Source: Minisyncoccia bacterium
GTDB taxonomy: Bacteria > Patescibacteriota > Minisyncoccia > Phycocordibacterales > UBA9973
DNA length: 64,000 nt
Direction of reading: 5' to 3'
Assembly: GCA_049317285.1 (NCBI GenBank)
Contig: JBMOIO010000003.1
Location: 25,003 to 89,002 of the forward strand
Shown: one piece after another, positions 40,967 through 50,269 of the stretch
Layout: the number at the start of each line of letters is the position of its first letter
Position numbering within the stretch: position 1 is the first letter of the stretch
Translations under genes and position numbers: made by a program
The notes under the pieces: generated by a model
Seen by the model: the letters and a program-made list of their open reading frames with translations, nothing else
Databases searched by the model: none
What the model was told of the DNA's origin: nothing

Positions 40967-41164
40967 ATGAGAACAATTACCCCATTCAAACAGCTCGTCA
41001 CTTCAGAAATAGAACGCTTGCGAACCATCGCTAGTGCACCGCATATATCGGCACATACCGTTCTTGCCGGGTTTCCAACACTATCCAATAGTTATACAAT
41101 GAAGCATATAGCCATGAAGGCCCGAGCACGCAAAGGACTGCTCGCTCGCGTTTTTGGAAACTAA
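40967..41164 (+). CDS. Small basic protein, second gene of lexA operon
   Basis: 65 aa from ATG 40967; ends RKGLLARVFGN, 1 nt before the lexA ATG. Confidence 0.7.
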   Translation: MRTITPFKQLVTSEIERLRTIASAPHISAHTVLAGFPTLSNSYTMKHIAMKARARKGLLARVFGN

Positions 41165-41165
41165 T

Positions 41166-41729
41166 ATGGAAAATGATTATCAAGCTAAAGTAATACAGTT
41201 CTACCAAAACAAGCGCCGCATGCCGTCGTATACGGAAATGATGGCGCTCTTTGGATTCAAATCTAAAAACGCAGTGTCTCGCGTTGTGACAAAAATGATT
41301 GCAGCCGGTATTGTCATGAAGGACAAGCTTGGGCACCTTATCCCAAGCGCGAGCTTTGACGAGCTCCCGATGGCAGGCTTGGTGAAAGCAGGACTTCCTG
41401 CACCGGGCGAGATGCTTACCGACACACTTAATATCGAAGACTACATGGTGCGTAAGCGGGAGAGCACGTACCTGTTGGAAGTGGACGGAGACTCTATGAT
41501 CGACGCACATATTGCAGACGGGGACATGGTAGTAGCAGAGCGCACGAACCGTGCCAAAGACGGAGACATTGTGATCGCACAGGTGGACGGCGAGTTCACT
41601 ATGAAATATTTTAAACAAAAAGGAGAGAAGGTGTGGCTTGAGCCTGCAAACAAGGCATTTAAAAACATCTACCCCACCGAGAGCCTCGAAATCGTGGCAA
41701 TCGTCCGCGGCGTGATGCGGAAGTATTAA
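41166..41729 (+). CDS. lexA: LexA repressor (wHTH plus S24 peptidase)
   Basis: MPSYTEM..LFGFKS, cleavage site VKAGLP, GDSM, FTMK. Confidence 0.9.
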   Translation: MENDYQAKVIQFYQNKRRMPSYTEMMALFGFKSKNAVSRVVTKMIAAGIVMKDKLGHLIPSASFDELPMAGLVKAGLPAPGEMLTDTLNIEDYMVRKRESTYLLEVDGDSMIDAHIADGDMVVAERTNRAKDGDIVIAQVDGEFTMKYFKQKGEKVWLEPANKAFKNIYPTESLEIVAIVRGVMRKY

Positions 41730-41741
41730 TTGTATAAAAAC

Positions 41742-41780
41742 CAAAAAGCACCTCATAGAATTCCTATGAGGTGCTTTTTG
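41742..41780 (+). terminator. Intrinsic terminator
   Basis: CAAAAAGCACCTCATAG...CTATGAGGTGCTTTTTG. Confidence 0.85.
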
Positions 41781-41828
41781 CAATAGCAATAGGAATGCTA
41801 TTTTTCAAAAATACTATATAGTGTAGCA

Positions 41829-43301
41829 ATGTCAAAAGCCGACACCATCATCAGGTTCGACAACGTGTCGTTCGAATACAGCGCCACCAAGCCTATTTTA
41901 GAGGAGGTCAGCCTTTCTGTGCGCCGAGGTTCAAAAATAACCCTGATGGGCCAAAACGGGGCCGGCAAGAGTACTATTTTCAATCTGATCACTGGAGCGT
42001 ACAAGCCCGAAGAAGGAAAGGTGATTATCGAAAAAGGAACCACTATTGCCACAGGGCGCCAAGTAATGCCGCGAGAGCAGATGACGTTCACGGTGCGAGA
42101 ATATTTCGAACACTGCTTTAAAGAAAAAGTGTACGATATCGACCCGCGCATTGACGAAGTCTTAGAGGTGGTGAACCTCACCGGGCACAAAAATATTTAC
42201 GAGCGCACTATCGATTCATTCTCCGGCGGACAGCAGGCACGACTCTTGCTTGCAGCAGCGCTTATCCAAGATCCGGATATTCTGCTTTTGGACGAGCCGA
42301 CCAACAACCTCGACCATGCGGGTATCGACCACCTCACTAAATTCTTGGTGGAGTACAAGAAAACGGTTATTGTCATTTCTCATGATGAAGAATTCTTGAA
42401 TGCCTTTACCGAAGGCGTCTTGTACCTCGACATCTATTCTAAAAAAATCGAGCAGTATGTCGGGAACTACAACGACGTAGTGAAAGAAATCTCTATTCGT
42501 ATTGAAAAAGAGAACATGAAAAACGCCCAGCTCGCAAAAGAAATCCAAGCCAAGAAATCAAAGGCGAACCAGTTTGCGTATAAAGGGGGACAGATGCGTT
42601 TGGTCGCAAAAAAAATGCGCGAAAAGGCAGAGGAGCTCGAAGAGGACATTGTGGACGTGCGAAAAGAGGACAAGACAATCCGCCAATTCGCCATTCCGGT
42701 ACAGAGCGATACAGTGGGGGTAATCATGTCGATTGATTCGTTCACGGTCATGAAAAACCATAAAGTAACGGAACGGACTGCAAACCTGACATTGCGCAAA
42801 AACCAACACCTCCAGCTTCGCGGGCCAAACGGAATCGGCAAAAGCACACTTCTTGAGTCACTGGCAACAGGAACTGCAAAGGGCGCAAAAATCGGAGCGG
42901 GCGTCCGTGTCGGCTACTACCGCCAAGACTTCTCAACGCTTGACTTCAATGACACGGCATATGAGGCGTTTAAAAAAGCGATGGCAGCATCCGGCAACCG
43001 CCCCAACGAAGAGCGCATCCGAAGCGTTGCTGCAAACTTTTTAATTACGAGCGACATCATCAATACAAAAATCGGAAGCCTTTCCGAAGGACAAAAGGGG
43101 ATGGTGGCATTTGGCACACTCGTATTGCTTGAGCCAGGTCTTCTTATTCTCGACGAGCCGACGAACCACATCAACTTCCGCCACCTCCCAATTATTGCAA
43201 AGGCGCTCAGCATGTATGCGGGCGCCATGATTCTCGTCTCCCACGTACCCGAATTCGTTTCCCAAATCCGCATCGACGAGGTGTTGGATTTGGATAAATA
43301 A
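41829..43301 (+). CDS. ABC-F family ATPase
   Basis: Two NBDs (GQNGAGKST, GPNGIGKST), LDEPTN twice, no TM. Confidence 0.93.
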   Translation: MSKADTIIRFDNVSFEYSATKPILEEVSLSVRRGSKITLMGQNGAGKSTIFNLITGAYKPEEGKVIIEKGTTIATGRQVMPREQMTFTVREYFEHCFKEKVYDIDPRIDEVLEVVNLTGHKNIYERTIDSFSGGQQARLLLAAALIQDPDILLLDEPTNNLDHAGIDHLTKFLVEYKKTVIVISHDEEFLNAFTEGVLYLDIYSKKIEQYVGNYNDVVKEISIRIEKENMKNAQLAKEIQAKKSKANQFAYKGGQMRLVAKKMREKAEELEEDIVDVRKEDKTIRQFAIPVQSDTVGVIMSIDSFTVMKNHKVTERTANLTLRKNQHLQLRGPNGIGKSTLLESLATGTAKGAKIGAGVRVGYYRQDFSTLDFNDTAYEAFKKAMAASGNRPNEERIRSVAANFLITSDIINTKIGSLSEGQKGMVAFGTLVLLEPGLLILDEPTNHINFRHLPIIAKALSMYAGAMILVSHVPEFVSQIRIDEVLDLDK

Positions 43302-43307
43302 AAAAGC
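43266..43307 (+). repeat. 42-bp direct repeat, copy 1 (3' end of ABC-F gene)
   Basis: ATCCGCATCGACGAGGTGTTGGATTTGGATAAATAAAAAAGC, identical to 44250-44291. Confidence 0.95.
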
Positions 43308-43330
43308 AGTCAAACCTTGACTGCTTTTCG

Positions 43331-43528
43331 CTACATTTCTTTCCATGTTTCGTAGGGTATAGATGTCAGATGCCATTGACTGCATTTTTCACACTCATAC
43401 GACCTGACAGGTTTTTTATGTTCTTGCTCTATTTCTCGTATTATTCTCAGCGCATCATTCGCAACTTTTTTAGAACAATAGGCCATTTTATCGCATACGT
43501 ATTCCTTGAGGACCTCGGTTTTTTTCAT
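43331..43528 (-). CDS. Small zinc-finger-like protein
   Basis: C.K..Y...A...RSYECEKCSQWHLTS. Confidence 0.75.
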   Translation of the reverse strand: MKKTEVLKEYVCDKMAYCSKKVANDALRIIREIEQEHKKPVRSYECEKCSQWHLTSIPYETWKEM

Positions 43529-43670
43529 AACAAACGTTTTATTTGCACCAATTCATTTCCACTAAAATAACACCTGAACTTGATTTTGTCAATAAATTAT
43601 CCCGAATTTTAGCGATAGCAAGATTTCGGGATTGAGGTTTTCTTTAACTGTAGATTGTTATGCTTTGTCT

Positions 43671-44075
43671 ATGGGTACTGCATTCAAAAAATTATTAGAG
43701 GAACGAAGAAAAGAGTACCACACATGGGTTCCGATTTATTGCCCTGCATTGCGAACCTATGTATTCTTTAATGCAAAAGGGTTCACTCATCTGAGGTTTA
43801 AAACAGACAACACACCTCGCGCGCCAAAAGAAGCGATGTATAAATTAGGATTATTACCCTTGGTGAGATCTGTTATTCACAATGCTACAGCTATAGAAAA
43901 ATATGAACAACGAGTTGCTCCAGTGGGAGGAAGCCGTAAGAAAGTATTAAAAGAAATGCAATATTGGGGAATCACCGAAGTGGTGGGAAAGCAGCAAGTA
44001 AAAATCAAGGTAGTACTCCGAAAAATAGGGGATGGAGAGCACATACATTTTTGGAGCGTCATGAAGCTCTCTTGA
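43671..44075 (+). CDS. Putative BECR-fold (RelE/barnase-like) ribonuclease
   Basis: FNAKGFTHL helix, C-terminal strands IKVVLRK..DG..HFWSVM; fold is inferred. Confidence 0.55.
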   Translation: MGTAFKKLLEERRKEYHTWVPIYCPALRTYVFFNAKGFTHLRFKTDNTPRAPKEAMYKLGLLPLVRSVIHNATAIEKYEQRVAPVGGSRKKVLKEMQYWGITEVVGKQQVKIKVVLRKIGDGEHIHFWSVMKLS

Positions 44076-44085
44076 AATACAAAAT

Positions 44086-44179
44086 ATAAAAACCGCCCCA
44101 TTGCTAGGGCAGTTTCTATACTGTGTTCGTCTCGGCTTTGGAATTCCTTATCCGAAATAGGCTTTCGCCCCCGAACACG
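44086..44179 (-). ncRNA. Candidate ~95-nt structured RNA (three-way junction plus terminator)
   Basis: Promoter TTGACT-18-TATAGT on minus; P1 GUGUUCG/CGAACAC, GGC-GAAA-GCC, UUUCGG..CCGAGA; GCAA-capped terminator with G-U pairs on this strand. Confidence 0.6.
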
Positions 44180-44249
44180 TTTATACTATACCGTAAATAC
44201 ATCATAAAAGTCAAGTGTCAAGGTGTGAATACTTCTTCATTTTTATTTT

Positions 44250-44291
44250 ATCCGCATCGACGAGGTGTTGGATTTGGATAAATAAAAAAGC
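44250..44291 (+). repeat. 42-bp direct repeat, copy 2
   Basis: Identical to 43266-43307, offset 984 bp. Confidence 0.95.
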
Positions 44292-44307
44292 CCTTGAAGG
44301 GCTTTTT

Positions 44308-44451
44308 TCATTTTTTGCTGGAGAAATAATTTTTGCCGTCACTTAAGATATAGGAACCAGCTACTAATTCACTGTTGAAATTTTGAGAAGAATTCATCTT
44401 TTCTTTGCTTTCCTGTTTTTTGCTTTTAGATGGCTTTTTTGAATTTTTCAT
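44308..44451 (-). CDS. Putative 47-aa protein (not in ORF track)
   Basis: MKNSKKPSKSKKQESKEKMNSSQNFNSELVAGSYILSDGKIISPAKK between a TTGACA promoter and a terminator. Confidence 0.4.
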   Translation of the reverse strand: MKNSKKPSKSKKQESKEKMNSSQNFNSELVAGSYILSDGKNYFSSKK

Positions 44452-44521
44452 TTACATTTTATTTAAAAGAATTTTACACTGAAACTTGATTTTGTCAATA
44501 AAATCCGTATACTGGAGTACA

Positions 44522-45757
44522 ATGAATCACTATGATGTACTAGTAGTCGGGGGCGGTGCAAGCGGAATGATGGCGGCGGGGCGTGCAGCTGAATCTGGTA
44601 AGAAAGTTCTCATCATCGAAAAGAATCGTGCGCTTGGCGAAAAGCTCAAAATCACCGGTGGCGGACGATGCAATATTACGAATGCGGAAGAAAATATCCG
44701 CACCTTTATGGCGAACTATGGCAAGGCTGAACAATTCTTATATTCGCCCTTTGCCATCTTTGGCGTACCGGAAACGATAACCTTTTTTGAGGACTTAGGA
44801 CTGCCGATTGTGGTCCAGGCTCGCAAGCGCGCATTCCCTGCAACAGAGAAAGCGCTCGACGTCTTTAAAGCCCTAGAGCGCTGTATAAAGCGGGGGAATG
44901 TAACAATCCTCACTAATTCTCCCGTCATCGAAATTCAGGCAATTTCAGGCCATATAGAGGGTATTGTGACCAGCTCTGGCACCTACACAGCTGATGCATA
45001 CATCATTGCAACTGGCGGAATGTCCCACCCAGAAACCGGCTCTACTGGCGACGGCTTTGCGTGGCTAAAAACTCTCGGGCACACTGTGGCAGAACCAACA
45101 CCAACAATCGTCCCACTTGCGGTAAAAGAAGCGTGGGTCCACGCACTTGCGGGCGTCTCTCTTTCATTTATGAAAATCACCTTCTTTACTGACGGCAAGA
45201 AATCATTTTCAAAAACAGGGAAGCTGTTGTTTACACACTTCGGACTCTCAGGCCCGCTTATCTTAAACTCAGCCGGCAAAGTAGGGGATTTGCTCCACAG
45301 TGGGCTCGTCACAGCGAATATCGACTGCTACCCCGATACTGATCATGCAGCACTCGAGCAAAAAATCATTGCGACATTCGATGCGAACAAAAACAAAAAC
45401 GTGAAAAATATTTTTGACGATATTGTGCCTCATGGCATGATTGCCACTTTTTTTGCATTACTTCCAACACTAACACCAGACACCAAAGTGCATAGTGTTA
45501 CCAAAGAAGACCGAAAGCAACTACTCAATCTTTTAAAGGCACTCCCGATCACCATCACCGGCCTGATGGGCTACGACCGCGCAGTGGTTGCCGACGGCGG
45601 AGTGCCACTGACGGAAATTGATATGAAAACATTCAAGTCAAAAATGGTAGATAACATGTTCGTCACCGGCGACCTCCTGCATATCACGCGCCCTTCCGGC
45701 GGATTTTCTCTCCAGCTCTGTTGGACCAGCGGATATATTGCAGGGAGTAATGCATAA
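44522..45757 (+). CDS. HI0933/BaiN-family flavoprotein
   Basis: GGGASG, KLKITGGGRCNITN, ATGGMSHP.TGSTGDG, LFTHFGLSGP. Confidence 0.93.
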   Translation: MNHYDVLVVGGGASGMMAAGRAAESGKKVLIIEKNRALGEKLKITGGGRCNITNAEENIRTFMANYGKAEQFLYSPFAIFGVPETITFFEDLGLPIVVQARKRAFPATEKALDVFKALERCIKRGNVTILTNSPVIEIQAISGHIEGIVTSSGTYTADAYIIATGGMSHPETGSTGDGFAWLKTLGHTVAEPTPTIVPLAVKEAWVHALAGVSLSFMKITFFTDGKKSFSKTGKLLFTHFGLSGPLILNSAGKVGDLLHSGLVTANIDCYPDTDHAALEQKIIATFDANKNKNVKNIFDDIVPHGMIATFFALLPTLTPDTKVHSVTKEDRKQLLNLLKALPITITGLMGYDRAVVADGGVPLTEIDMKTFKSKMVDNMFVTGDLLHITRPSGGFSLQLCWTSGYIAGSNA

Positions 45758-46067
45758 AAAAGAGTATACTGAAGGAATGAACACGGGGTGGAAAGAAGAA
45801 GTGCGGGGGCTGACAAAAACATTTGCTTTTGCGGACTTCAAGGAGGCGCTCGCTTTTATTAACAGGGTAGGCGCAGTAGCTGAAAAATTACAGCACCACC
45901 CTGATATAGCTCTCCGCAATTACAACACCGTTACAGTCCTCACTGTCACTCACGATAAAGACAATACGGTAACAGAAAAAGACCGAATGCTTGCCCGTGC
46001 AATTGATACAGTCCAAGAAAAAAGTGATAAATGGGTATTCTTACAATTTCTTAGAAAGAGTAAATAA
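45750..46067 (+). CDS. Pterin-4a-carbinolamine dehydratase
   Basis: FADFKEALAF, AE..QHHPDI, THD, TEKD. Confidence 0.88.
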   Translation: MHKKEYTEGMNTGWKEEVRGLTKTFAFADFKEALAFINRVGAVAEKLQHHPDIALRNYNTVTVLTVTHDKDNTVTEKDRMLARAIDTVQEKSDKWVFLQFLRKSK

Positions 46068-46093
46068 AAAAGAATAAAAAATGCGCTATACTC

Positions 46094-46576
46094 ATGGGTA
46101 TGAAAGCAACAGTATATACATCAAAGGGGACCATTGTTATAGAATTATTCGACACTCAGACACCGAACACCGTTGCAAACTTTGCAAAACTTGCAGGCGC
46201 GGGGTTTTACAACGGTACCAAATTCCACCGTGTCATCAGTGGATTCATGATCCAAGGCGGGGACCCATTGACGAAAGACGACAGTAAGATGCCCTTGTGG
46301 GGGACAGGAGACCCGGGATATAAATTTGCCGACGAGATCACGGGTGCAAACAATAACCTCGAAGGCACTATTTCTATGGCAAACTCTGGCCCCAACACCA
46401 ACGGTAGCCAGTTTTTCATCAACTGCAACGACAATATTTTTCTCAATGAAAAGCATACTGTCTTTGGGAAGGTGAGAGAGGGGATGGATGTCGTCACCGC
46501 AATAGAAATGGCTCCGACCAATGCAGCTGACCGCCCTATTGAACCGATAAGTATTGAAACAATTGAAATTGCATAA
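46094..46576 (+). CDS. Cyclophilin-type peptidyl-prolyl isomerase
   Basis: FHRVISGFMIQGGDP, SMANSGPNTNGSQFFI, HTVFG. Confidence 0.96.
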   Translation: MGMKATVYTSKGTIVIELFDTQTPNTVANFAKLAGAGFYNGTKFHRVISGFMIQGGDPLTKDDSKMPLWGTGDPGYKFADEITGANNNLEGTISMANSGPNTNGSQFFINCNDNIFLNEKHTVFGKVREGMDVVTAIEMAPTNAADRPIEPISIETIEIA

Positions 46577-47439
46577 TGCCTCCCTCGTATATTATTTCTA
46601 AAGAGAATAGGAAGCGAGCACTCGCTCTACAGCGTTCTTATAGTTCAAACTATTTTCTTGCGTCATTCTTTTTTCCAAAAAAAATCCGCGCGGAGATAGC
46701 TGTTCTTTACGCATTTGTCCGCATTCCTGATGAATATGTCGACAATGCAGCTTCCCCCCAAGAGGCAAACAAAAAAATTGATTCATGGAGAAAAGAGTGG
46801 GATTCTGTCATTGAAGGAAAAGTGTCCGATGAGTGGGTATTGAACGATATGTACGCACTCCACTTGCAGTACAGTATGCCGTTTGATTTAAGTCATGCTT
46901 TTTTGAATGTAATGAAAGAAGACACGACGGTGACCCGCTATAAAAACTATGCGGAACTGCTTCGCTATATGTACGGCTCTGCAGCAACAGTAGGGCGCAT
47001 GATCACATACTTCTCTGGAGTCACCGATGAACCGACACTTCTGCAGGCAGATGCGCTTGCCTATGCCATGCAAATCACCAATATCCTGCGCGATGTTGGC
47101 GAAGACTTTACCCTGCGAAACAGAATCTACTTGCCCCAGGATGAAATGGCGCAATTCGGCATTACTGAAGCGATGATCGCTGAAAAAAAAGTGACTCCCC
47201 AGTGGCGCGCATTCATGCAGTTTCAGATCAAGCGAAACCGCGAGCTCTACCGGCAAGCAGATAAGGGCATACGGGCACTACCGCCCTCTATGCGCTATCC
47301 AGTTCGAACAGCAAGCATCTTCTATGAAGCTATCCTTTCGGAAATAGAGAAAGCAGACTATGATGTCTTTACGCGTAAACAAAAAACAAGCAGCCTTCGA
47401 AAGGTCGCATTATTATTCAAATCAGCGTTTAATGTCTAA
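46576..47439 (+). CDS. crtB: Phytoene synthase
   Basis: LYAFVRIPDEYVD, YMYGSAATVG, AMQITNILRDVGED, RIYLP. Confidence 0.9.
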   Translation: MPPSYIISKENRKRALALQRSYSSNYFLASFFFPKKIRAEIAVLYAFVRIPDEYVDNAASPQEANKKIDSWRKEWDSVIEGKVSDEWVLNDMYALHLQYSMPFDLSHAFLNVMKEDTTVTRYKNYAELLRYMYGSAATVGRMITYFSGVTDEPTLLQADALAYAMQITNILRDVGEDFTLRNRIYLPQDEMAQFGITEAMIAEKKVTPQWRAFMQFQIKRNRELYRQADKGIRALPPSMRYPVRTASIFYEAILSEIEKADYDVFTRKQKTSSLRKVALLFKSAFNV

Positions 47440-48937
47440 AAAAATACTTATTATTGGAGCGGGGATAGGAGGGCTTGCCTTGGCGGGAATGCTGGGTAAA
47501 AAGGGGCACCAGGTTACTATCGTAGAGAAAAACGACGCTTCAGGCGGACGCGCCCGTATTTGGGAGAAAGACGGTTTTATGTTTGATATGGGTCCGAGCT
47601 GGTACATGATGCCAGACGTATTTGACCACTTCTTTTCCGTGGTAGGCGAACATCGAGAAGACTACTACAGCCTCGCGCGCCTCGCGCCGTCATACCGTGT
47701 CTTTTTGAAAAACAAGGGCGAGCAATATGATTTTTTTTCTGATCCAGAAAAAATACAGGCACTCTTTGAGTCTTTGGAAGTGGGAGCCGAAAAAAAACTC
47801 GAGCGCTTTCTCGCCGACACAAAAGAGCAGTATGAAATCGCGCACGGCGAATTTATGTACAAAAACTACAATTCTTTCTTTGATTTCATCAACTTTAAAA
47901 CAATGAAAATCGGTGCGCGTCTGCCGATATTCAAAAAACAAAAAGCTATCATTGAGGGGCTGTTTAAAAACGAACTGATCCGCAAAGTCATGCAGTACCA
48001 AACAATTCTCTTGGGAACTGCACCTGGCGACACGCCTGGCATTTACAGCATGATGAACTATGTCGACTTCGAAGGCGGTGTATGGTATCCGTCAAAAGGA
48101 ATCCGCGCGATTCCAGAAGCACTGACAGCTATTGCACTAAAGCACGGCGCAGAAATCAAATACAGCGCACCGGTGCAGGAGATTGTTGTAGAGGACGGAA
48201 AGGCAACCGGAGTAATTCTCTCTTCAGGAGAGACCCTTTCTGCAGATATTGTCGTCTCAAACGCAGATATTTGGCATACAGATACCGCGCTTTTAAAAGA
48301 GCACCGCATCTATAGCGAGAAATACTGGGACACCCGCGTCTTGGCGCCGAGCGCCTTTATTCTCTATCTCGGCGTAAAAGGAAAGCTCCCTCAACTTGAT
48401 CACCACAATCTGTTGTTTTCAAAAGATTGGAACAAAAATTTTAAAGAGATTTTTGGAAAAGAACCAGTGTGGCCTACAGAACCATCACTCTATATCTGCA
48501 TGCCTTCAAAAACAGACGCGACTGTTGCCCCCGAAGGTGATGAAAATCTTTTTGTTCTTGTTCCTATTCCTCCCGGACTATCGTACACCGACGAGTTCCA
48601 GGCACAGTATGAAGAATTTATACTAAAGGAAATCCAGACAAATATGGATATCCCTGACCTCAAAGAGCGAATCGTCGTGAAGCGCACCTACTCCATCAAA
48701 GAATTCAAGTCTGACTACAACGCACACAAAGGAACAGCCCTCGGCCTTGCTCACACTCTCATGCAGACAGCGATCTTCCGCCCGAATAATATTCATCCAA
48801 AAATACCAAACCTTTTGTATGTAGGAGCAGGGACAAACCCCGGGATCGGTATGCCGATTTGTCTTATCTCAGCCGAGCTTGCGTACAAGCGCATAGAGGG
48901 TATCACGCACCCGCATCCGCTCGATCCTATTGTTTAA
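47432..48937 (+). CDS. crtI: Phytoene desaturase family oxidoreductase
   Basis: GAGIGG, FDMGPSWYMMP, GTALGLAHTLMQT..FRP, PGIGMP..LIS. Confidence 0.9.
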   Translation: MSKKILIIGAGIGGLALAGMLGKKGHQVTIVEKNDASGGRARIWEKDGFMFDMGPSWYMMPDVFDHFFSVVGEHREDYYSLARLAPSYRVFLKNKGEQYDFFSDPEKIQALFESLEVGAEKKLERFLADTKEQYEIAHGEFMYKNYNSFFDFINFKTMKIGARLPIFKKQKAIIEGLFKNELIRKVMQYQTILLGTAPGDTPGIYSMMNYVDFEGGVWYPSKGIRAIPEALTAIALKHGAEIKYSAPVQEIVVEDGKATGVILSSGETLSADIVVSNADIWHTDTALLKEHRIYSEKYWDTRVLAPSAFILYLGVKGKLPQLDHHNLLFSKDWNKNFKEIFGKEPVWPTEPSLYICMPSKTDATVAPEGDENLFVLVPIPPGLSYTDEFQAQYEEFILKEIQTNMDIPDLKERIVVKRTYSIKEFKSDYNAHKGTALGLAHTLMQTAIFRPNNIHPKIPNLLYVGAGTNPGIGMPICLISAELAYKRIEGITHPHPLDPIV

Positions 48938-49779
48938 AAGACAAGCTGTGCAATCAATTCAAGAGAGACACTCGCGCCGACAAGCGTGTTTACTGTCGGG
49001 AAGTAGGTATACAGTCGAAAGAGCTCTGCTTCAGTTGTCGCTTTTAGTGAGCGCCACATCAAGTACGAATACACAACTCCTCCAATGAGCGTAGAAAAAG
49101 GAAGAAGCTCTTTTGCCACGAACCCTGCGAGAAGGTACAGGAACCAACAGACAAGTATCGTTTTATGTTTTCCCACCAGTATCGCAATAGTTTGCAAACC
49201 AGCTTTTGCATCCGCTGTAATATCAGGAACAGCGCTGTATGCGTGCATCGCCACCGCCCAGAGCATCCCGGCGATAACCCCGATAAGAGGGAAGTGTGTT
49301 CCTCCGACAAGGTAGTAGCCGAAGACTCCTGTTGCAACATAATGCGCGGCAGAAAAAAGCGAGTCAAATAAGGGGAGTGCTTTAGCACGAATAGGTGGTG
49401 CAGAATAAAAAACAGCAAAAAAGAGAAACGCTCCAAAACTCAATAAAAGCGGTGCGGTAATCGGTACAAAAAATAAAAAGGGAAGTGTGCTTCCTATGAT
49501 CCACAACCACACTGCCCGGCGCCTATGCGGAGGGAGCAGTCCTTCATATTCCGTTTTCTTTTGATTGAACTTGTCGGTTTCGTAGTCAAAAATATCATTG
49601 ATACCGTAAATCAAAATATTGGCAGGAATAAGAAAATAGAAAAAGAAAATCCAAAAATGAGGGGTCGAAAGAAAGAGCGTGTTTTCAGCGCCGGCAACTG
49701 CACCCACCAACCCAAATGTTGCCGCTTCATAAAGCCAAAAGCGCGGGCGGCTTATCCTGATGATTTCCTTAATACTCAT
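48934..49779 (-). CDS. UbiA-family prenyltransferase, lycopene elongase (LyeJ/CrtEb)-like
   Basis: SRPRFWLY, YGINDIFDYETD..N.KK, YSAPPIRAK, AVPDI.AD..AG; adjacent to crtBI. Confidence 0.8.
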   Translation of the reverse strand: MSIKEIIRISRPRFWLYEAATFGLVGAVAGAENTLFLSTPHFWIFFFYFLIPANILIYGINDIFDYETDKFNQKKTEYEGLLPPHRRRAVWLWIIGSTLPFLFFVPITAPLLLSFGAFLFFAVFYSAPPIRAKALPLFDSLFSAAHYVATGVFGYYLVGGTHFPLIGVIAGMLWAVAMHAYSAVPDITADAKAGLQTIAILVGKHKTILVCWFLYLLAGFVAKELLPFSTLIGGVVYSYLMWRSLKATTEAELFRLYTYFPTVNTLVGASVSLELIAQLVF

Positions 49780-49820
49780 AGGGTCTAGTATAGCGCACTC
49801 TACAATATTTTATTGAGGGC

Positions 49821-50072
49821 TTATTTCGCACGGTTTCGAAGTGCCTGCTTGTCTTTCATCAATGCATGGCGGGCCGAAAGTTTAGTGGCTTTATCTTTTC
49901 GCTCAAGAAAGGTGTGTATTGTCTTTTGCACCAACGCCTTAAACTCAGGTTCCTTTTTATAGTACTGATACAAGCTAGAACGGCTGATATGCGAGCGGTC
50001 GCAGGCATGCCTGATATTCCATCCGGCTTTGAGGTTTTTGATTAAGAGGACTCTGTTTTCAGGAGGAATCAT
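49821..50072 (-). CDS. Small HTH protein, terminase-small-subunit-like
   Basis: NIRHAC...ISRSSLYQY.K..PEF. Confidence 0.6.
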   Translation of the reverse strand: MIPPENRVLLIKNLKAGWNIRHACDRSHISRSSLYQYYKKEPEFKALVQKTIHTFLERKDKATKLSARHALMKDKQALRNRAK

Positions 50073-50269
50073 ATAGGGGAAGTATATCAAAAAAGCTCCC
50101 AACTGAAGCTGTGTTTAAAGAAAGTATTGTTATTTAGTTATAGAGTATATATACGTCGTGAAAGATATATTGTGCGACGTGGTGTCGTAAACGACATAGC
50201 GCTGATAAAGCGCGTTTTCTTCACTCTTCCCCTACATACAACTATGCTTTAGTCATCATCAACAGTAAC

